Assembly: GCA_019828565.1 (NCBI GenBank)
Contig: JAHDYR010000008.1
Coordinates: 316,550-380,549 of the forward strand
Source of the DNA: Carpediemonas membranifera BICM
Lineage: Eukaryota; Protista; Fornicata
DNA: 64,000 bases
Reading direction: 5' to 3'
In this document: positions 56,601 to 64,000 of the stretch, one piece after another
Numbering within the stretch: position 1 is the first letter of the stretch
Layout: each line of letters begins with the position of its first letter
Made by a program: the position numbers and the translations under genes
Notes under the pieces: model-generated
Seen by the model: the letters and a program-made list of their open reading frames with translations, nothing else
The model's database searches: none
Told to the model about the DNA's origin: nothing

Positions 56601-59600
56601 GCAGCTCCACCCCAACCCAGTGCCCCGCCACCACATTCTCCAGCGTCACGGGCGCCCAGAGTGCGGGGCCAGGCGTGCTCGGGACTGAGTGTGCCTCGTG
56701 CCCCGCCGGGTACTACTGCGGGCTGGAGACTTCTGACCCCGCCGAGTGCACGGCCGGCTCATATTCTGCCTCGGGTGCGTCTGCCTGCACCTCGTGCACC
56801 GCGGGCCACTACTGCTGGACCGAGACCACCACCCAGACTGAGATGACTGCCCAGGTCTGCAGTGCCGGGCTCTACTGCCCCACGGGCCAGGACAAGATCC
56901 CCGAGCTGACCAACGAGCCCTGCCCCGTTGGCCAGTACTGCGAGGCCGGTGTCGCCGCCCCTGTGGATTGCCCTCCTGGCACTTTCAGGTCGACCACTGG
57001 CGCTGAGGCCGAGGGCGACTGCGAGACTTGCCCCGCCGGGTCATACTGCGTCGGCGGCGAGTCAGCTGTCACTGGTGTCTGCGACGAGGGCTACTACTGC
57101 CCCGCGGGGTCGTCGGCGTCCACCGAGATCTCATGCCCTGCCGGAACCTACCGCAACCTGACCGGTGCAGGTGAGGTTGGCGCATGTTCCGTTTGCCCCT
57201 CCGGCTTCTACTGCCCCACGGCCACTAACGATCCAGTCGCCTGTCCGAACGGCTACTACTGCATCGAGGGGTCCTATACGCCCCAGCCCTGCCCTCTCGG
57301 CACCTACGGCAACTCCCTCAGCATGAAGTCCACTGAGGACTGCATCGACTGTCCCGCCGGGTCATACTGCGATGGTCTCGGGCTCTCGGCCGCCACCGGC
57401 CTCTGTGACCGCGGCTACTACTGCGTGGGAGCGGCTTACACCTCAGCGCCCCCCGGCCTGCCCACCGGCGGCCCCTGCCCCGTCGGCAAGTACTGCCCCG
57501 AGGGCTCAGCAACCGGCACCAACTGCCCGGCCGGGACGTACAACCCGTACACGGGCGCCCGGTACGCCTCGGACTGCACCGATTGCCCGCCCGGGTCCTA
57601 CTGCGCCGGCTCAGAGAAGAACGCCACGACAGGCTACTGTGCCGCCGGGTACTACTGCACTGGCGGCTCGTCCACGCCGACCCAGTTCGAGGTCTCCGTC
57701 GGTCACTACTCTGAGGAGGGCGCCATCGCCGAGTCCCCCTGCGACCCCGGCACGTACCAGCCCCAGGCCGGCCAAGGGTCTTGTTTGCCCTGCCCCGCCG
57801 GCAGCTACTGCCCGAACTCGGCCATGGACTCGACCCAGACCTGCCCCAAGGGGTCCTACTGCCCCGCCGGGTCCAGTACCCCGACCTCGTGCCCCGCAGG
57901 CACATACGCCACTGCCAGCGGGCTCGCCAGTCTGTCTGAGTGCACGGCATGCCCTGGTGGACAGTACTGCGAGACGGCCGGCCTGCTCGACACACCCACT
58001 GGGGACTGCACGGCCGGGTACTACTGCTCAGGCTCCTCCACCGAGCCCGCGCCTGTGAGCCAACCCTACGGCGACCGCTGTCCCGCCGGGTACTACTGCC
58101 CTGACGCGACCTCAAGCCCGCTCGCCTGCCCCGCCGGGACATTCCTGAACAGCCAGGGCGCCGACGCCCTCGGCGACTGTGTTGAGTGCACTGCCGGAAA
58201 GTACTGTGAGACCACCGGCCTCGCCGCCGTCACTGGCGACTGTGCAGAGGGATACTACTGCTCGGGCGGCGCCAAGACCTCGACGCCGCTCGCTGCCTCA
58301 GGTGAGGGTGACATTTGCGGCGCTGGGCACTACTGCCCAGCTGGCTCGTCCGTCCAGATTCCATGCTCTGCCGGCACATACACCGATGTGTCCGGCCTCG
58401 CCACATGCAAGACATGCCCGGCAGGTTACTACTGTGCTAGCACAACGTCGACCCCAACCGACTGCCCCGCCGGCAAGTACTGCCCCGCTGGGTCGTCTAG
58501 CGGCACTAACTGCCCCGCTGGCACTTATAACCCTGACACGCATGGCGAGTCTGTCTTTGACTGCATAGCCTGCACCGCCGGGTACTACTGCCCCACCACT
58601 GGCCTGTCCGCCGCGACGTTGCTCTGCGAGGAGGGATATTACTGCCCCGGTGGCGCGACTGACGCCTACGGCGCCGACTCTGCCGGCGGCGACTGCCCCA
58701 AGGGGTACTACTGCCCCGAGGGGTCCAGCGCCCCCGAGCCGTGCGTGGCCGGGGGCTACCAGGATCAGCTCAACCAGGCGTCCGCGGACGACTGCAAGCC
58801 CTGCACCGGCGGGTACTACTGCCCCGACGACCACATGGAGGCTGTCGGCAGCCAGTGCACGGCCGGCTACTACTGCACGGAGAACGCGACCTCCGCCACG
58901 CCCATTGATGGTGTCACTGGCGCAATCTGCCCCGCCGGCTATTATTGCCCCACCGGCACCAGCAGCCCCATCCCGTGTGCTGCGGGCACGTACCAGGACC
59001 AGGCCGGCCAGACCTCGTGTACGGCCTGCCCCGCCGGGTACTACTGCCTGTCGGGCACGGGCGACTACACGCTGACCCCATGCCCCCAAGGCTACTACTG
59101 CCCCGTCTCGACGACGGACTCGCACCTCTACAGCTGCCCCGCTGGCACATACGGCGCGGCGACTGGCCTTACTGAGCTGGACGCCTGCACCGACTGCGAC
59201 CCCGGTTACTACTGCGAGAACCCCGCGCAGACAGACGTCTCGGGTGAGTGTGCCGCGGGTTACTACTGTGTCGGGTCTGCAGAGTCGGCCACGCCGACTG
59301 ATACGACTGGTGCACAGTGCTCTGCGGGCTACTACTGCCCCGCTGGGTCGTCCTCGCAGACGCCCTGCAGCGCCGGTCAGTACTGTAACACGGTCGGTCT
59401 CGCCACCCCCACAGGCAACTGCTCGGCCGGCTACTACTGCGTGTCTGGCGCGACCACGTCTACCCCGACTGACGGCGCGACTGGAAACGTCTGTGGTGCC
59501 GGCAAGTACTGCCCCGCTGGCTCATCTTCGCCAAACGCATGTCCCAAGGGCACATACAACCCCATCACCACCGGCGGCGATCTTGATGCCTGCCTAAGCT

Positions 59601-62600
59601 GCACGGCCGGGTCCTACTGCAGCTCCAGCTCGCTGTCTACACCCACTGAGCTGTGCTCGGCGGGCTACTACTGCACTGGCGGCTCCCAGTCTGCCAACCC
59701 CATCGACGGCACCACTGGTAATATCTGCCCTGCCGGCTACTACTGCGAGTCCGGATCAGGCAGCCCCGTCCCATGCGCCGCGGGCACGTACCAGGAACAG
59801 GCCGGCCAGAGCGAGTGTGAGACCTGCGTGTCCGGGTATTACTGCCCCGAGGGCACAGCTGCCTATACCGCCAACGTCTGCCCCGCCGGCCACTATTGTC
59901 CTGCCGGCACCGAGTCGGCAACACAGTACCCCTGCTTCGCCGGCACGTTCTCAGCGTCCACCGGCCGGTCGGCCCCTGGCCAGTGCACCTCCTGCACTGC
60001 CGGGAAGTATTGCGAGACGACTGGGCTTACCGAGCCCACTGGAAACTGCACTGCTGGCTACTACTGCCCCGCCGGCAGCTCCTCGTCGACGTCGACCATC
60101 TGCCCAGTCGGGTACTACTGCCCAGCTGGCTCCGCTGCCCCGACCCCGTGCACTGCTGGCAAGTACTGCGGCGCCACTGGTCTGTCGGAGCCTTCTGGAA
60201 GCTGTGCCGCCGGCTACTACTGCCTGTCCGCCGCGACCACGTCTACCCCGACTGACGGCGCAACTGGCGCTGTCTGTGGCGCTGGCACGTACTGCCCCAC
60301 CGGGTCCAGCTCGCCTACCTCATGCCCTAAGGGCACATACAACCCGGACACCACCGGTGGCGACCTCGACGCCTGCCTAAGCTGCACTGCAGGCTACTAC
60401 TGCGGCAGCTCCAGCCTGTCAGCCGTGAGCGGACCTTGCTCGGCCGGCTACTACTGCACCGGCGGCGCGACAACCCCGACCCCCATCGACGGGTCGACCG
60501 GCGACGAGTGCCCCGCGGGCCACATGTGCCCCACTGCAACAGAAGCCCCCATTGCTTGTGCCGCGGGCACTTACCAGGATATCGACGGCCAGAGCACGTG
60601 CAAGACCTGCGTCTCTGGCTACCACTGCCCCGAGGGCACTTCCACATACGCCAGCAACGTCTGCCCAGCAGGTTACTACTGCCCGACCGGCACGCAGACG
60701 TCCACGGAGAACCCCTGTCCAGCCGGCACGTTCTCAGCGTCCACCGGCCGCACCGCCCAGTCCCAGTGCAAGTCCTGCACCGCAGGGTCATACTGCGAGG
60801 GCGGCGGGCTGACTGCCCCCAGCGGTTCCTGCCCCGAGGGCTACTACTGCCCCTCCGGCACTGACTCGGCGACACCCACGACCGTGTGCGGCATCGGCTA
60901 CTACTGCCCCGCTGGGTCGTCCTCGCAGACGCCCTGCAGCGCCGGTCAGTACTGTAACACGGTCGGTCTCGCCACCCCCACAGGCAACTGCTCGGCCGGC
61001 TACTACTGCGTGTCTGGCGCGACCACGTCTACCCCGACTGACGGCGCGACTGGAAACGTCTGTGGTGCCGGCAAGTACTGCCCCGCTGGCTCATCTTCGC
61101 CAAACGCATGTCCCAAGGGTACATACAACCCCATTGACACGGGCACTGACTCCGACGCCTGTGTCACGTGCACAGCCGGGTCCTACTGCAGCAGCTCCGG
61201 CCTCGCCGCCGTCACTGGCGCTTGTGCCGCCGGGTACTACTGCTCGGGCGGCGCGAAGACCTCGACCCCAACAGACGGTCTCACCGGAGACAAGTGCCCC
61301 GCCGGCTCCATGTGCGAGGCCGGGTCTGCGGCGCCCGTCCCCTGTGACCCAGGCACCTTCCAGCCCAACAGCGGCGGTAGCACGTGCGCCGACTGCCCCG
61401 CCGGGTACTACTGCCCCAACACCGAGATGACTGCCGGCATTGAGTGCCCCGCAGGCTACTACTGCCTCAGCGGCCAGGACTCTCGCTACGACAACCCCTG
61501 CCCTGCCGGCTCCTTCTCGAACATCACTGGCCTCGCCTCTAGCGGCGAGTGCACCGCCTGCACCGCCGGGAAGTACTGTTCTGGCACTGGCAACACCGCG
61601 GTCACGGGCGACTGCACTGCCGGCTACTACTGTGCGTCTGGTGCATCCACGTCAACCCCGAACGACGGCGCGACTGGAAACGTCTGCACGGCCGGCCGCT
61701 ACTGCCCTGCCGGGTCCTCTGCCGGCACCGACTGCCCTGTTGGCACCTACAGCTCAGCCACTGGGCTGCAGACAAGCGGCCAGTGCACTGCCTGCCCTGC
61801 TGGTAAGTACTGCGCGACCACGGGCCTGACGTCGGTCACCGGAACGTGCTCGGCAGGCTACTACTGCCTTGGTGGAGCAACCACTCCCGCGCCGACTGAC
61901 GGCATGACAGGCGACGAGTGCCCCGCCGGGTCTGCCTGCATCTCGGGGTCGACCACCTACCAGGAGTGCGACCCCGGCACGTACCAGCCCGACGTCGCCC
62001 AGAGCACCTGCGACACCTGTCCCTCAGGGTACTACTGCGACGCCGAGGGCATGTCTGCTGCGCTCATCTGCCCGGCCGGCCACTACTGCCCTGCTGGCAC
62101 TTCCCTGCCGTACTCGAACCCCTGCCCGGCCGGCACCTACTCCAACACCACCGGCCTCCAGGCCGAGGACGAGTGCGCGCCGTGCCCTGCTGGCAATGTC
62201 TGCACGACGACCGGCCTGTCTACGCCTGATAGAGACTGCGCTGCCGGCTTCTACTGCACAGGCGGTGCTTCCACGACGACCCCGACTGACGGACTAACCG
62301 GTGCCATCTGCCCCAAGGGCTATTACTGCCCCGAGGGGTCCAGCACCTTCACCCCATGCGGTCTCGGCACTTACAACCCGTCCACCGGCGGCGAGGGCCC
62401 AGAGGACTGTTCAGAGTGCCCCGCCGGCAAGTACTGCGCCTCCACCGGCATCTCCTCGGCAGCAGGCACTGGCGACTGCACGGCCGGCTACTACTGCCTT
62501 GGTGGCGCGTCAACTGCGACCCCCACCGACGGCGCCACTGGTGATATCTGTCCTGTTGGTCACTACTGCCCAGTCGGCTCGAGCTCTCCCGTCGCCTGCG

Positions 62601-63976
62601 AGGCCGGCACGTTCCAGCCCGACACCCAGCAGTCCTCATGCGACCCCTGCCCCAGCGGCTACACGTGTGCCGCCGACGGACAGGGCGTCGGCACGGTCTG
62701 CCCGGCCGGCTACTACTGCGAGGAGGGCAGCACCGCGGCTACACCCTGCCCCAAGGGAACCTACTCCGACACCACCGGCCTCCAGGCCGAAGATCAGTGC
62801 GCGCCGTGCCCTGCTGGCCAGGTTTGCTCGGCCACTGGTCTGACTGCGCCCAACGACGTCTGCACCGCTGGTTACTACTGCGAAGAGGGCGCGACGACTC
62901 CCTCTGACGCCGCCAAGACTTGCCCGACCGGGTTCTATTGCGAGGAGGGCACTGCAGTGCCGACCGAGTGCCCGCCCGGCACCATCGGCACGTTCACTGG
63001 CCGCCAGTCAGCATCCCAGTGCGCCCCTTGCAGCGGCGGGTTCTACTGCGAGAGCACCGGCCAGACCACTGTCACGGGGTCCTGCTCGGCCGGCTACTAC
63101 TGCGAGACCGGCGCGTCTGTGCCCGACCCAACCGACGGCATCACCGGAGACAAGTGTCCGGTTGGCTACTACTGCCCCTCCGGGTCGTCTGAGGCGACCG
63201 CCTGCTGGATCGGGTCCTACCAGGACGCCACTGGCCAGAGCACATGCAAGTCCTGTCCCGCGGGCTACTACTGCGGCGAGCTCGGCACGGTAGACCCCAC
63301 TGAGTGCCCCGCCGGGTACTACTGCCCTGCCGGGTCGACCACCGGCACAGCTTACCCCTGCCCCGCTGGCACCGCGTCCAGCTCCACCGGCCTCAACGAG
63401 GAATCCGACTGCCCCGCTTGTGAGGAGGCCGTCGCCTGCACTGTCGTGGGTCTGACCGTTGCCAACGCCGAATGTGCCGCTGGCTACTACTGCAGCGGCG
63501 GCGCGTCTGTCACCAACCCGACTGACGGCATCACCGGCGACCAGTGCTCCAAGGGCCACTACTGCCCGGCCGGGTCTTACGAGGAGACGGCCTGCCCCAC
63601 GGGCACCTACAACCCGACCAAGGGCGGCAGCTCCCTCGCCGACTGCCTTGACTGCCCCGGCGGCTACTACTGCGACACGGAGGGTCAGACAACCTACTCC
63701 AAGACCTGCGCGGCCGGCTATTACTGCCAGTCGCGGGCCTCGGTCTCGACTCCCATCGACGGCACGACCGGCAGCAAGTGCCCTGCAGGCTACTACTGTC
63801 CCGCCGGGTCCTCCTCGCCAAAGGCATGCCCAGCCGGGACGTACCAGGACGGTACTGGTGCGACCTCGTGCAAGACATGCGTCGCTGGGTACTACTGCCC
63901 TGAGGCGACCTCGGCCTACACCGACCACGTCTGTCAGGCTAAGGTGTTAGCCGTTCAGTGGTCGGTAGGTAACTAA
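53682..63976 (+). CDS. Giant Cys-rich surface protein with GCC2_GCC3/ephrin-receptor-like repeats (5' exon structure and 3' end uncertain)
   Basis: More than 3400 codons of CPAGYYC/CPAGTY repeats; pyrimidine-rich ...CACAG at 53677-53681 looks like a 3' splice site. Confidence 0.85.
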
Positions 63977-64000
63977 CCTTAGTGGCAATACGTAAACGTT

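Overview
Gene-dense, GC3-rich eukaryotic (protist) DNA with very few and very short introns and a TAAA motif at or just after most stop codons. The style suggests a free-living fornicate metamonad such as Carpediemonas, which is inference only. Host genes, nearly all on the + strand: GET4 3' end, CCT3, CEP104-like, PKA-R, SPT LCB2, iPGM (31-nt intron), eIF1AD, homeodomain, START-like, several hypotheticals, RCC1-like, importin-alpha-like, pyruvate kinase, type I DnaJ, a giant Cys-rich repeat protein, and tRNA-Ile(GAU). Two mobile-DNA stories stand out. (1) Two decayed Fanzor1-like (TnpB-family RNA-guided nuclease) elements, 2922-4557 and 6375-8846, share an unusual architecture. Both have TG...CA termini, 5-bp TSDs, no transposase, and an internal duplicate of their 22-30-bp right end. 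A 63-bp Fanzor-less mini-element at 22417-22479, equal to the left-end unit of element 2, has its own 5-bp TSD. (2) A 21-kb nest lies beside the tRNA gene: a head-to-tail dimer of a split-direct-repeat tyrosine-recombinase (PAT/DIRS-like) retrotransposon. Its first copy hosts two insertions. One is a LINE whose polyprotein carries OTU-protease-like and Maelstrom/DEDDh-like domains ahead of APE and RT. The other is a chromovirus with 121-bp LTRs, no tRNA-type PBS, and an antisense ORF ending in a chromo/chromoshadow-like domain.
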